Both the position numbers and the translations under genes were made by a program. From the NCBI GenBank assembly GCA_951406725.2, contig OX597819.1, positions 60,326,001 through 60,390,000 of the forward strand: DNA of 64,000 nucleotides, in the 5' to 3' direction. Below are positions 24,735-36,150 of this stretch, piece after piece. This DNA is from Octopus vulgaris (Eukaryota). Under the pieces are notes generated by a model. It was not told where the DNA came from and searched no databases. It saw nothing but the letters and a program-made list of their open reading frames with translations. The stretch's first letter is position 1; each line of letters begins with the position of its first letter.

Positions 24735-25411
24735 CGAAATAGCTACACGTACCTATTGTCCTTAACTGAAAGAAGCTAGTATTTTAAAGCTTTCTAAAAA
24801 GTTGCGAAAATAAAATATTATTGTCTCAGAAACATAAGCGGATACTTTGAAGACATTTAACATTCAAAGCAAAGAAATATGATACCCATTGCGGCAAGTT
24901 CTTTTATTTCCTTTTATTTTTTCTAGACTATGGGCTTATGGTTTAATATCGGGGTACTTGTCAATTGTCGTGGTCCCGGTTTTGCACACGCGAATTCGCG
25001 CGCGCGCGCGCGTCAGACGTAGGTACTCGATACTCGAGATCCTACGAGGTGACTTGCGCATGCGCAGTGCAGAATTCGCGCGTGCGCGTTAACCCCCTCC
25101 CCCCAAAAAAAAGGTGTTGGATTTCACTAAAAATATATGTGTGTGTGTGTGTGTGTATATATAACATTTTCAATTTTACACAAAAAATTACATAGTCGCT
25201 TTCCTCGCGGATTTACAGAGAAATGAATTAATTACTATTTTACAGAATAAAATTAATGAATTAATTATATAAATTAAATAATTCTTGAAAATTAATTAAT
25301 ATTAATAATATTTTTTGAACAAAGTAAATAATTTATAAAACTTGGTTAATAATTTTTTTTACACAAACGCGAACGTATATAATTTGGTAAACTTAATGAA
25401 TTAATTTCTTC

Positions 25412-25830
25412 TCATCATCATCATCGTTTAACGTCCGTTCTCCATGCCAGCATGGGTTGGACGGTTCGACCGGGGATCTGGGAAGCCAGAAGGCTGCACC
25501 AGACTCCAGTCTTATCTGGCAATGTTTCTACAGCTGGATGCCCTTCCTAACGCCAACCACTCCGAGAGTGTAGTGGGTGCTTTTTACATGCCACCCGCAC
25601 AGGTGCCAGGAGAGGCTGGCAACGGCCACGGTCGGATTGGTGCCAGTCGAGGCGGCTCTGGCATCGGCCACGATTCGGATAGTGCTTTTTACGTACCACC
25701 AGTCCAGGGGTCCTGGCATTTGCCGGGTGCCACACTTGCCCCAACATGTCTTCGCAAGCAAAGGGGTTGGCATGGGTGCCTGTCGTGGGATGAGGTTCGA
25801 TATCAACTTCGCTTGCCTCAACAGGTCTTT
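25412..25830 (-). mobile_element. RTE 3' UTR fragment nested in the left foldback arm
   Basis: (CAT)n start and similarity to 9340-9790. Confidence 0.85.
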
Positions 25831-26263
25831 GTGTATAAATGTATAAATTTTTCGCACTAAATTCTTTCCGTAGAATTTATAAAAAAACGCGCAAAATTAT
25901 TCCGTAGACTTTATCAAATTAAAAAACGCAAAATTAATATATTTTTTGAAATTGCAAATTATTTAGAATATAAAACAAATTAAGTTAAATTTTAAAAATA
26001 AATGTCATATACTTATACTCTGTAAGGTGCTGTGTTCACACTTCAATTTACTATTTTCTAGAAATGTTGCTTTTCTAATTGAAACAATTTTTCTCAATCT
26101 CCATTTAAAAGTCCATAATGCCTCTTGAGCCATATCAAAATGAACAACTTTGAATTACCCGGTGGTGGTGGTGTGAGGTTCTAATTTTTTTCTGATCTCT
26201 CTTTGCCCCCCCTAGATGGAGGTGTGGTGGGGAGACAGATGAAAGATGTTTCATTCTCTACTA

Positions 26264-26332
<69 letters not shown>

Positions 26333-26907
26333 CTTAAACCTACACGATATAGTCTATAAATTTGGGATGTTTTTGAAAGATAATATATTTTGTCATCAGA
26401 ATATATATACTTTCTCACACTACAATTAAGATATATTTATTTTAAATCGTTCATCTTTTCCCGCGACAACAAAAATTGGGCGCGAAAATTTTTCTAAATA
26501 TTAGCTGAATGAACAACTGAGATAAAGAGGGGGCAAAGAGAGATCAGAAAAAAAATTAGAACCTCACACCACCACCGGGTAATTCAAAGTTGTTCATTTT
26601 GATATGGCTCAAGAGGCATTATGGACTTTTAAATGGAGATTGAGAAAAATTGTTTCAATTAGAAAAGCAACATTTCTAGAAAATAGTAAATTGAAGTGTG
26701 AACACAGCACCTTACAGAGTATAAGTATATGACATTTATTTTTAAAATTTAACTTAATTTGTTTTATATTCTAAATAATTTGCAATTTCAAAAAATATAT
26801 TAATTTTGCGTTTTTTAATTTGATAAAGTCTACGGAATAATTTTGCGCGTTTTTTTATAAATTCTACGGAAAGAATTTAGTGCGAAAAATTTATACATTT
26901 ATACACA

Positions 26908-27325
26908 AAGACCTGTTGAGGCAAGCGAAGTTGATATCGAACCTCATCCCACGACAGGCACCCATGCCAACCCCCTTTGCTTGCGAAGACATGTTGGGGC
27001 AAGTGTGGCACCCGGCAAATGCCAGGACCCCTGGACTGGTGGTACGTAAAAAGCACTATCCGAATCGTGGCCGATGCCAGAGCCGCCTCGACTGGCACCA
27101 ATCCGACCGTGGCCGTTGCCAGCCTCTCCTGGCACCTGTGCGGGTGGCATGTAAAAGCACCCACTACACTCTCGGAGTGGTTGGCGTTAGGAAGGGCATC
27201 CAGCTGTAGAAACATTGCCAGATAAGACTGGAGTCTGGTGCAGCCTTCTGGCTTCCCAGATCCCCGGTCGAACCGTCCAACCCATGCTGGCATGGAGAAC
27301 GGACGTTAAACGATGATGATGATGA
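26908..27325 (+). mobile_element. RTE 3' UTR fragment nested in the right foldback arm
   Basis: Mirror copy of 25412-25830. Confidence 0.85.
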
Positions 27326-28298
27326 GAAGAAATTAATTCATTAAGTTTACCAAATTATTATACGTCTGTAAAAAAAAAAAAGTTTCACAAATTATATACG
27401 TTCGCGTTTGTGTAAAAAAAATTATTAACCAAGTTTTATAAATTATTTACTTTGTTCAAAAAATATTATTAATATTAATTAATTTTCAAGAATTATTTAA
27501 TTTATATAATTAATTCATTAATTTTATTCTGTAAAATAGTAATTAATTCATTTCTCTGTAAATCCGCGAGGAAAGCGACTATGTAATTTTTTGTGTAAAA
27601 TTGAAAATGTTATATATACACACACACACACACATATATTTTTAGTGAAATCCAACACCTTTTTTTTTTAGGGGGGGGGTTAACGCGCACGCGCGAATTC
27701 TGCACTGCGCATGCGCAAGTCACCTCGTAGGATCTCGAGTATCGAGTACCTACGTCTGACGCGCGCGCGCGCGCGAATTCGCGTGTGCAAAACCGGGACC
27801 ACGACAATTGACAAGTACCTAATATCGGTTTATTGTCAAACTTAAAGGTTTTACAAATACTTGCATTTTAACGTTATTGCAAAGCTTTAAAATGGTGATT
27901 GTTTTAGAAACAGATCGCATGTAATTTTTTAATGAACTGACATATTACTATGAACTACAATTTTTCAGCCACAGAATTCGTCTGTTTTAACTAGATTTTA
28001 TTGATCTCTATACCAAATTCGTCTAGGCCAAATTATCATTCGTATTTTCTTTAGTTGCTTTTCCATCATAAAACGAAAATTAGGAGGCAGAGGACATTAG
28101 TAAGTGACTGGGTGAAATGAGATTTTTTTTACTTATTTTTAATTTACTTGATATACTGTTCTTATTCTTAAATTTGCAGCTGTTTTATCGATATTACATT
28201 CTTATTTAAACCTTATTAAATGTTTAATATAACAAAAATATAAAAACAATAAAAAAAAACTTAGTGTCTGAACTTGATTCATTTCAATATATCTATCA

Positions 28299-28411
<113 letters not shown>

Positions 28412-30035
28412 TTCCCCTTGCATAAGTTTTGTTGTATTACTAATGTAAATATCGTATATTCAGAAATGTCTTTCTAAGTACCAAATTCTGGATATACATT
28501 CAAACCCACGACTCTCCTCATAACAGAAAGGGAAAACAAACGTTTGCTACCGCCACTACTATCTACTACAAGGCAATCTACAATTGCCGCCACACTCACA
28601 CAAATTACTCCTACCCCTTTAACAGGCTGTTAACTATGAAAATCGATCTATAAGCAATGACCTAAAATTGCCTTTATGCAGTGTTTCTTCATCGATGGTA
28701 AGCACATCACCAACCCATCACTTATTCATCCATTCTATTAACCCTCACATAAATGCGAGAATGGAAGGTCTTCCGACTTTTGCAAATACTATAATCTTAA
28801 CAGTGATACTCAGACAAGGCGTGTTTTTCTGAGAGTAGATGAACTTTCTGATTAAAGGAATTTTAATCTTCAACAAAAAGTCAAAAATAGGTGCTGAATA
28901 GGAGAGATTATGACTCACAAGCAGGAGGCATTCATCTCTTCTACTTCGCTTTCCAAGACACTTTCAGCTTTTCCGAGGCGAAATTCTTAGCTCTGATCTT
29001 CACCTCTGTTAATTTGAAAGTCATTTGATCGAATGAAAATACCAGCAATTTTAACCCAGCGATCAGTCCGGCAACAAAACAGTTAGCATGAACTTGTCGG
29101 TTTAAAAGTTTACAGATGTGTTGTCCAATTTTTCACTCTTACTTTTCCACTGGTTTCATGAGGTTAACACCGTAACCACGAAGTCCGCCAAGCAGGTATC
29201 CCAAGCTGAAATGGGTGGGGAATTAATCACGAAGTAGATGCAATTACTTTCACTTAAGGTCAGATACTAAATTCCATGTGTCAACCTTCAGCAAATTTAT
29301 GTTTGAAGAAACTAAGAACATTGTATCCTGGAATTTGATTTTTTCGTCTCTCGAAAAGAATATATATTGTGCGGTTGTGACCTCAGCTCTTCAGTGAAGT
29401 CATATCTTCCCGTAAATTATTAGTGTCGGGTCTTATATTGGAGGCTTCCTTATTAATGTCTGCAGAATGTTTGATTTCATTATAGGTGTTCTTTTACCAA
29501 TATATTTCTTTCTTTTTTTTTTTAATCTCTAACCACTCGTTTGTCTTGGAAACCAGACCATGTGGTTGGGAGGCAAACTTCTTACCACTCAACCACACTT
29601 GTGTCTATAGATAAACGTTTTATAATATGGACATTTTATTTTTCAAAGTCTATCGCGTATCACTTATAAATGTGAGATGTGAGACAGCTAACTTGCGTGT
29701 CACAGTTTCGTCATTACTGGTGTAGCGGTCCTTGTGGTTAATCTTTGTGGCTAACTGGCTTTTCAAGGAATGAGCATCCTCTGTTATTCCATAGTACAGC
29801 GAAGTGCCAGGTTCAAACTCGTCTTCTGGTCATTTGAAGCAACTTGTGGGACCTCCACAGTACAAGAGTCCTACTCTTTATGCAATTACTGTAATTAATT
29901 TTGGGGTCGAAGGTTATGTTTTTAATCTTGTTTTAATGTGATCCAAAATGCTTATTTTACTAGCTGTTGCTGTTGTGGTTGTTGTTCTTCTTTAAAACAG
30001 TATACCCTAAAATGAAATTAACTACTTTTACTCCA

Positions 30036-30418
30036 TCTCTCTCTATATAAACGGCAGTTTGTCTGTGCGTGTTTCTGTGTGTCTGTTTGCTTGTACCCTC
30101 ACCCTGACCACGGCTTTCAACCGATTCTGATGAAACTTGACACACACATAGCCCAATGTCATAATTCAAAACTAACGCAGCGAAAATTTTGAAAAGTTCC
30201 CCCAGTTCTGAAAAAATCCATAAATTCGACATGGGGTCGAGAATCAGAAACACAAACCGCAAACTGTCTAGGGGACGCAACTCCACCTTTTTTTACTCTC
30301 AAAAAAAATTTACCATCGTTTTTTTCCATTTTTTTGCTATTTTTTGGCTATAACTCTCTAAAAATGCTTTATAGTTATTTCCCTTACAAACCTGAGCAAC
30401 GCCGGGCGATACTGCTAG
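30036..30418 (+). mobile_element. Non-autonomous Helitron
   Basis: A|TC 5' end, CTAG|T 3' end, subterminal GC-rich hairpin CCTGAGCAACGCCGGG, internal (GTCT/GTGT) tract, no TSD. Confidence 0.75.
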
Positions 30419-31279
30419 TAAGTTATATTATCAAAGCCACCATATTGCCGAAGACTATCTTAGGCTTTCTTTGTGCTAGATTCTCATTAATTCCTTTGAG
30501 ACTTACAGCTTCAGGAAACTAAGCAGACCAGAATATGAAGCTGTCGCAAATGAAAAGTTTTAACTGTTTGAACAAACCAACCATCTGAAAGATTAATAAA
30601 TAAAAAAAATGTTACTGTGCATAGCATGGGTGTAGCCAGGATTTTTGACCGAGGGGCTTCTCGGTGGTTAAAAATGGATCCACCGTTAGCCGTCTAATTT
30701 ATGGGAAAACACCCTTGGCTACATGTGTGAATATTATCAACAGGAGGAAACAGAGACTGTTGTTAAAATGACTTTTACATCTTGAAATATTTTGGGAAGT
30801 TTTGGTATTCAGAACCGAGTCAAGTGTACTGTTGTTTGGTGGTTTGCCAAATAAACCTGAAATGAGTCTAAAATAAGTTAAAATACAAAAGAAATATTGT
30901 ATGAGGCATATCCAGGAATTAGAGGCAGAAAACTTATATATACAAAATTCCAATTTGAAAGAAATAATGCATATATAAGAAAATAGAAGAAACCATAAAT
31001 GTATTAGCTGTTTCTGTTTTTTTAAATATTATAAATACCCCGGAAACTAAATAAATAATGCAAGTGTCCGTTCAACAGACAAAAGAACACATTGTGTACG
31101 TAGATTGTTATCCTGTGGGTAACAATCTTCGTACACATACAAACAATAGGGTAACATTTAATACAACCACTGTTTATTATGGACATCTTGTTGAACAATC
31201 AGAGGACTCTGAATAAATTTGATACTTAAATAAGCGAGAATCCTTTGTTTTATTGATACTTGTAAGTACTACAACAAAA

Positions 31280-31500
31280 TATTGGTTTCAGATTTTGGCA
31301 AAAGGCCAGCAAATTCGGGGGAGCGGGTGTCGATTGCATCTATTCAGCCGGTACTTATTCTGTCGGCCCCGAAAAGATGAGACTTTCATTGAAAGGCCAG
31401 GTCGACCTCAGTGGAATTTGAACTCAGAGCGTAAGGACGGACGAAATACCAGTAAGTATTTCACCCGTCGCTCTAATGATTCAGCCAGCTCACCACCTTA
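31280..31500 (-). mobile_element. SINE family B, degenerate
   Basis: GGTCGACCTCAGTGGAATTTGAACTCAGA...CAGCTCACCACCTT. Confidence 0.7.
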
Positions 31501-31799
31501 CTATAACTACGTATTAAGAACTTTTATAAATCTTTTCTGTTCTTGAACAAGCAAAGAACTTTAAAAAAAAAGTACATTCTTATATTCTTTGACCTATTTC
31601 AGTCATTGGACCACGACCATGCTGGGGCACTGCGTTGAAAAGTTTACTCAATCAAATCAACCCCAGTATTTATTGGTTTGGTACTTATTCTATCAAGCGT
31701 TCTCGGTTGGACTGTTATTGATCAGAAGTCTGTTCAATCAAGACAGATTTCAGGCTATACTAATATCCCCTACTGATGATCATCTACACTGGTCCGACC

Positions 31800-32890
31800 C
31801 ACCAAGTTTTCTACAACGCGTCTTCACCCCTGACCCATCTTCACCTCCTTTCCAGCAGGTTCTGGCGCTGGGATCGATGGCTTACGACCTCATCATCTCA
31901 AGAATGATATCTCCCTGTCAACTGGTGATGCTGGGCTCGAACTCTTGGAGAACCTAACACAGTTCATAAACTTGTTCTCGTCCGAGAGCGTCCTTGCCTA
32001 CATTTGTCCCCTGTTCTTTGGACCAAACTATTTGGTCTCACCAAGTCCAACGGTTGCCTTCGCCCCATAGCTGCTGGTTGCACTCTGTGACGGCTCACAG
32101 CAAAATTGTGCTTGTCCTCAGTTTCTAATTGCCTGAAGAATTTTCCCCTATTCAGCTAGGAGTGGGTACTAAGCTAGGTTGTGAGACTGCTGCTCATGCC
32201 ACCAGGATTTTCACCAACTTGCTCTCTGAGTCCCCAAAGTTCATCCTCAAACTTGACTTTAAAAATGCTTTTAACTTCATCAGTCGAGACGTCATTCTCC
32301 GTGCAGTAAGGGAGAATTCCCCACCATTTCATCACTTTGCTGGGCAAGCCTATCGGGAGCCCTCCTACCTCTCGTTTGGTGATCACCTCATCCCATCTGC
32401 TTCTGGAGTCCAACAGGGTGATCCACTTGGTCCTGCCTTATTCGCATTGTTACGAAGATGGAAGACGACATACACATAAATGCCTGGGACCTCAATGATG
32501 CTTGTTTGGGGGAAGGGGGCTCCTGACAGGGTGCTTGCAACTGCGAGACGATGTTCGAGATGCTTGGTCATAGAGGCGTTAGTGTTAACAGCTCCAAATG
32601 CAAGCTCTGGCTCCTCAACCACTCAGTTTTGCATGAGCACACTACTAAACTATTTGTTGACTCCTTCCCTTCAATCGTGATTCCTCCTTCACCAGCATGG
32701 TGTTCCCTTGGAGCCCCAGTTACTGACCTAGCTTTCGAGTCCATCTTTAGATCCAAAATGGCTAACCTCGAACAACTTTAAAAAAAAACCTTGAAGTAAT
32801 TGAGGCCCACCAAGGTTTTTTTATACTTAGGAATTACTTCTCTATTCCTAAGCTATTGTATTTTCTGAGGGTTAGTCCATCTTACAGATT
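31800..32890 (+). pseudogene. CRE-clade-like non-LTR reverse transcriptase relic
   Basis: SFPAGSGAGIDGLRPHHLK, LRPIAAGCTL*RLTAK, QLGVGTKLGCETAAHATR, LKLDFKNAFN, GVQQGDPLGPALF. The catalytic motif has decayed to WDLND; stops and frameshifts are present. Confidence 0.8.
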
Positions 32891-33075
32891 CCTGTCGTCC
32901 CTTCAATACTTTGACGACCTGTAACAGGGACTAACTCGCAGAAAATACAATAGCTTAGGAGTAGATAAGTAATTCCTAAGTATAAAAAAATACTTGGTGG
33001 GCCTCAATTACTTCAAGGCTTTTTAAAAGTTGTTCGAGGTTAGCCATTTTGGATCTAAAGGTGGACTCGAAAGCT
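32730..33075. repeat. ~158-bp fold-back inverted duplication (32730-32887 / 32918-33075)
   Basis: AGCTTTCGAGTCCA...TTAGTCC.T.TTACAG is mirrored by CTGTAACAGGGACTAA...TGGACTCGAAAGCT. Confidence 0.9.
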
Positions 33076-33250
33076 TGACAACCGGTGTTGATGTGTTTAC
33101 GTCATTTTAGCGGTTCGGTAAAATAGACAGATAAAATAAGTACTAGGCTCAAAAATAACTCTTGGCATCAATTTGTTCGACTAAAACCCTTTAAGGCAAT
33201 GTTCCAGCATGGCCGCAGTCAAATGACTGAAACAAGCAAAAGAATAAAGA
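33076..33250 (+). mobile_element. SINE family A 3' half
   Basis: TGACAACCGGTG...AATAAGTACTAGGC...CCAGCATGGCCGCAGTCAAATGACTGAAAC. Confidence 0.75.
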
Positions 33251-34074
33251 AGCCTTCGTTGTTACACCCCAGTAATTACATCTCGGATGATGACGAACTG
33301 GCAGAGTCGGTAGAGCGTCGGATAGAAAGCAATATTTGTTCGAACTCTACGCTCCGAGTTCAAATACCACCGAGGTCAACTTTACCTTTCATCCTTTCCA
33401 GGTGGAAGATTTGCGAAAATGTAAGAATGTCGGACCGGATACCTCACGGGTTTTTGTCCCGCTCTTTACATTCTGTGTTCAAATCACGCCATGGCTTTCA
33501 GGGGTGATAAACTTTAATAAACTTAATATGTTCATCTGTCCCCCGGATTAACACCACTACCTGGCACCTTGAGTACCTTTGGCGAAGATTACTTTGTTGC
33601 AAGTATTCGGGCCTGGTCTCTAGTTTGGGGATAACTTCCTCCCAGTCTCCTTCCCACCCACCAAAGATGTTCTGTGATGAGTCATGGATGATGCCTTCCC
33701 TTCCGACTAAAAGGGAAGAAAAAAAACGCTTTAGTTATGCAAAATAAGACTAAAACTAAAAATAAAATAAAATATAATATTGCCCAGTATGAAGAAATGT
33801 AGGGTATAACTGCTTTATCAGTGTTGGAAAATCTCCAATGATTTTGATAGTACTGATAGCCACATTCATTGAAAAAGATGCCGATATATATATGCAACAA
33901 CGAAGCATATACGAACTTCTATTTTAACTAAGTTAGAAGCAGCCATAGACAATAAGAATTTCATTTTTACGCACTGCGTTAGTTTACATTACTGACATTT
34001 ATTTATGAAAGCTTGAGAAGCGAATAAAAGGCAAGCACATCTCCCTTTGTAAAGCAACAACAATAATAATAATA

Positions 34075-34772
34075 AATGTCCTGATGCAGTACCAGGCATT
34101 GGTTCTCATGGTTCTTGATCTTAACTGATTGGAAGTGTTATCATGTACATTATTTTGTCTTGGTATAAAAAAGATGGGCTACAGCAAATATTCTGCTCGA
34201 TACCAGAGTTTTGCTTGTCACTTGCTTGACTGTAACCAGTTGAGCATGTCCCTTAGTGACTAACGGTATGTGCATCTCTGACTTTCGGGGTCGATAAAGT
34301 AAGCACCAGTTACGCACTGCGGTCGATGTAATCGACTTAATCCGTTTGTCTGTCCTTGTTTGTCTCCTCTGTGTTTAGCTCCTTGTGGGTAGTAAAGAAA
34401 TAGGTATATGCATCTCTGATCACGAGCAGGAGTAGTGGGGGAGCATCATAGCCATGTGTCGAGAGGAATTCTTAGGGGTGTGAATAATTCACCTCTGGAA
34501 ACATGGGTATTTCGTTCATCATCCTTAAACAAGACTTACTCAGGGACATTTTGAGAGAGATGGACTACTCAACCTGAAGAAAATTCTAACTGAGCCCACC
34601 TGCAAGGTCATGTGCTGTTTATCTTGATATAAGATCACCATGTCGCGCACATATGGTTGTGGTGCATGTGCCTCGTGTATCCTTATCAGACGAGTAGTCA
34701 TGATGGGTATATTGAGCTTCGTATATTTGTTCCCTAGTGTCACTTTGATGGCGTGCATTGCTCTCTCACTCA
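34075..34772. mobile_element. ~580-bp interspersed element flanked by (AAT)n on both sides, interrupted by a SINE
   Basis: (AAT)n on both flanks. Recognised from memory as a common octopus repeat; family assignment is uncertain. Confidence 0.45.
34282..34402 (+). mobile_element. 5'-truncated SINE B insertion with 17-bp TSD
   Basis: GGTATGTGCATCTCTGA (34265-34281) and GGTATATGCATCTCTGA (34403-34419) flank the SINE 3' end. Confidence 0.85.
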
Positions 34773-34969
34773 ATAATAATAATCCTTTCTACTAAAAGCA
34801 TAGGGCCTGAAATAGCTGGAATAAATAGCACAAGGCATTTTGTCCGACGCACTATTATCAACAAAAAAAAAAAGAAAAGAAAAAACTGCATCCGACAAAA
34901 GCTTTCTTTGTACCCATTTCTCCTTTTGCTTTTATCTCTTCCTCGGGTTTTTTCTCTGCCCTTTACTAC

Positions 34970-35205
34970 TTCTCCCTGTCTGTCTGTCTCTCTCTTTCTC
35001 TCCGTCTGTTTCTTTCTCTCCATCTGTCTCTCTTTCTCCATCTCTCTCTCTTTTTCCATCTATCTCTGTTTCTCCATCGCTCTCTGTTTCTCCATCTCTC
35101 TCTCTTCCTCCATCACTCTCTCTATCAATTTCTATCTCTCTTTCACTCCCCCTCTCTCTTTCTGTCTTTCTCCCTTTCTTTCTCTCTCATCTTCTCCTTT
35201 CAGCT
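34970..35205. repeat. CT-rich polypyrimidine tract
   Basis: Directly visible. Confidence 0.92.
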
Positions 35206-35409
35206 TCCTGGTTTTTCGCTTCACCGCTGACCTGTTTAATCACGCATCTCCTGGCTCTTCTTATCTCCTCTACCTTCAGAACTAATTCGTTTTTTCTTCT
35301 TCCACGTTTCGTTCTATCTATCTTTCCACCTTTTCATCTCCACTTTCTTTTTCCAGTCCTATAGGACAACATTTTCCATTGTATTACTTATACACATGTC
35401 TTGTTTTAA

Positions 35410-36150
35410 TGCTGTGTCAGAGCCGTAGGGCCTGTAACGAACTTCGTGTGAGTGAATATCTTGTCTTGTACTTTCGGGGTACAAGAAAGCAATCACTCAC
35501 TAGCCGTTGCTTTAATAATCCAGAATTCTACTAGTCAGAAACAACAAGACGCAGACGTAAAATATATATATACTACTTTATTCTCTTTCTTGGTAACAAT
35601 AACAATAAGTGTGTTATCTGATGTCCTTGGTTCTGGGCGCGCAAGGCTGAAAGTTAATCGATTGTAATATTTACAATATTCAGCCGCAAAAACAGAACGG
35701 GTTCAAGATGGCGTCGAACAATGGAGACGATGTTGGTCTGCAACAATTTTGGTTAAAGGCCTTTTGGTAAGGACTGCTAGAAGCAAGTTCGAACGGAGAG
35801 AAAATATGCGTGACCGTTGCCTTCGATAGCCATGTCTCAAAGTCCCCGCTGACTGCTGCTAGTGGTCAAACGTTCTACGATCCCCCTGCCTTGGCCAGGG
35901 TCGTGCTTCCGGTGGTTCGCGCATGCGCGAGAGGGCCCTTCCTTTCTGTGCCTTGGTGAAGGCACCAACACGCGCGAAATACAAATGGACAGTGCGCGAG
36001 CGCGCGCCGTTATAGTATCACTACAGGCCTTTATTTTGTTTGTATATTCATTCATATTTGTACCAACTACGTGTATCGTGTTTATTTTCGTTACCGTCCT
36101 TCATGTTCGCTCAGTTATTCCCAGCAGCTTTTTGCTGTTGACGCCATCAA
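35410..36150. promoter_or_regulatory. CpG-rich promoter-like island
   Basis: Unique CpG-rich sequence with YY1-like CAAGATGGCG (35704-35713), ETS-like CTTCCGG (35906-35912) and NRF1-like palindrome TCGCGCATGCGCGA (35917-35930). Confidence 0.55.
35708..35766 (+). CDS. Candidate first coding exon (MASNNGDDVGLQQFWLKAF...)
   Basis: Strong context AAGATGG, 19 open codons, then a TG|GTAAGG donor. Downstream exons not found. Confidence 0.3.

Larger units (their letters stand above)
24953..27819. mobile_element. Foldback DNA element, 2867 bp, arms 24953-26210 and 26529-27819, perfect 9-bp TSD TAATATCGG
   Basis: Arms are near-perfect reverse complements. TSD at 24944-24952 and 27820-27828. The ~320-bp spacer contains (TA)n. 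No transposase ORF. Confidence 0.93.

Noticed and set aside
24889-27807. ORFs inside the foldback element as a transposase or cargo gene
   Set aside because: They are short mirror-image translations of the CG-rich termini and RTE UTR, with no DDE or DNA-binding motifs.
28918-29005. Minus-strand exon-like segment with CAG acceptor and GTGAGT donor
   Set aside because: All three frames contain stops. It could be non-coding but cannot be supported from sequence alone.
33820-33890. VGKS-x10-FIEK spacing reminiscent of Rap/Ras GTPases
   Set aside because: The P-loop glycines and effector motif are missing, so it is probably chance.
34758-35364. 174-175 aa Ser/Leu/Phe-rich ORFs
   Set aside because: They are translations of a CT-rich tract.
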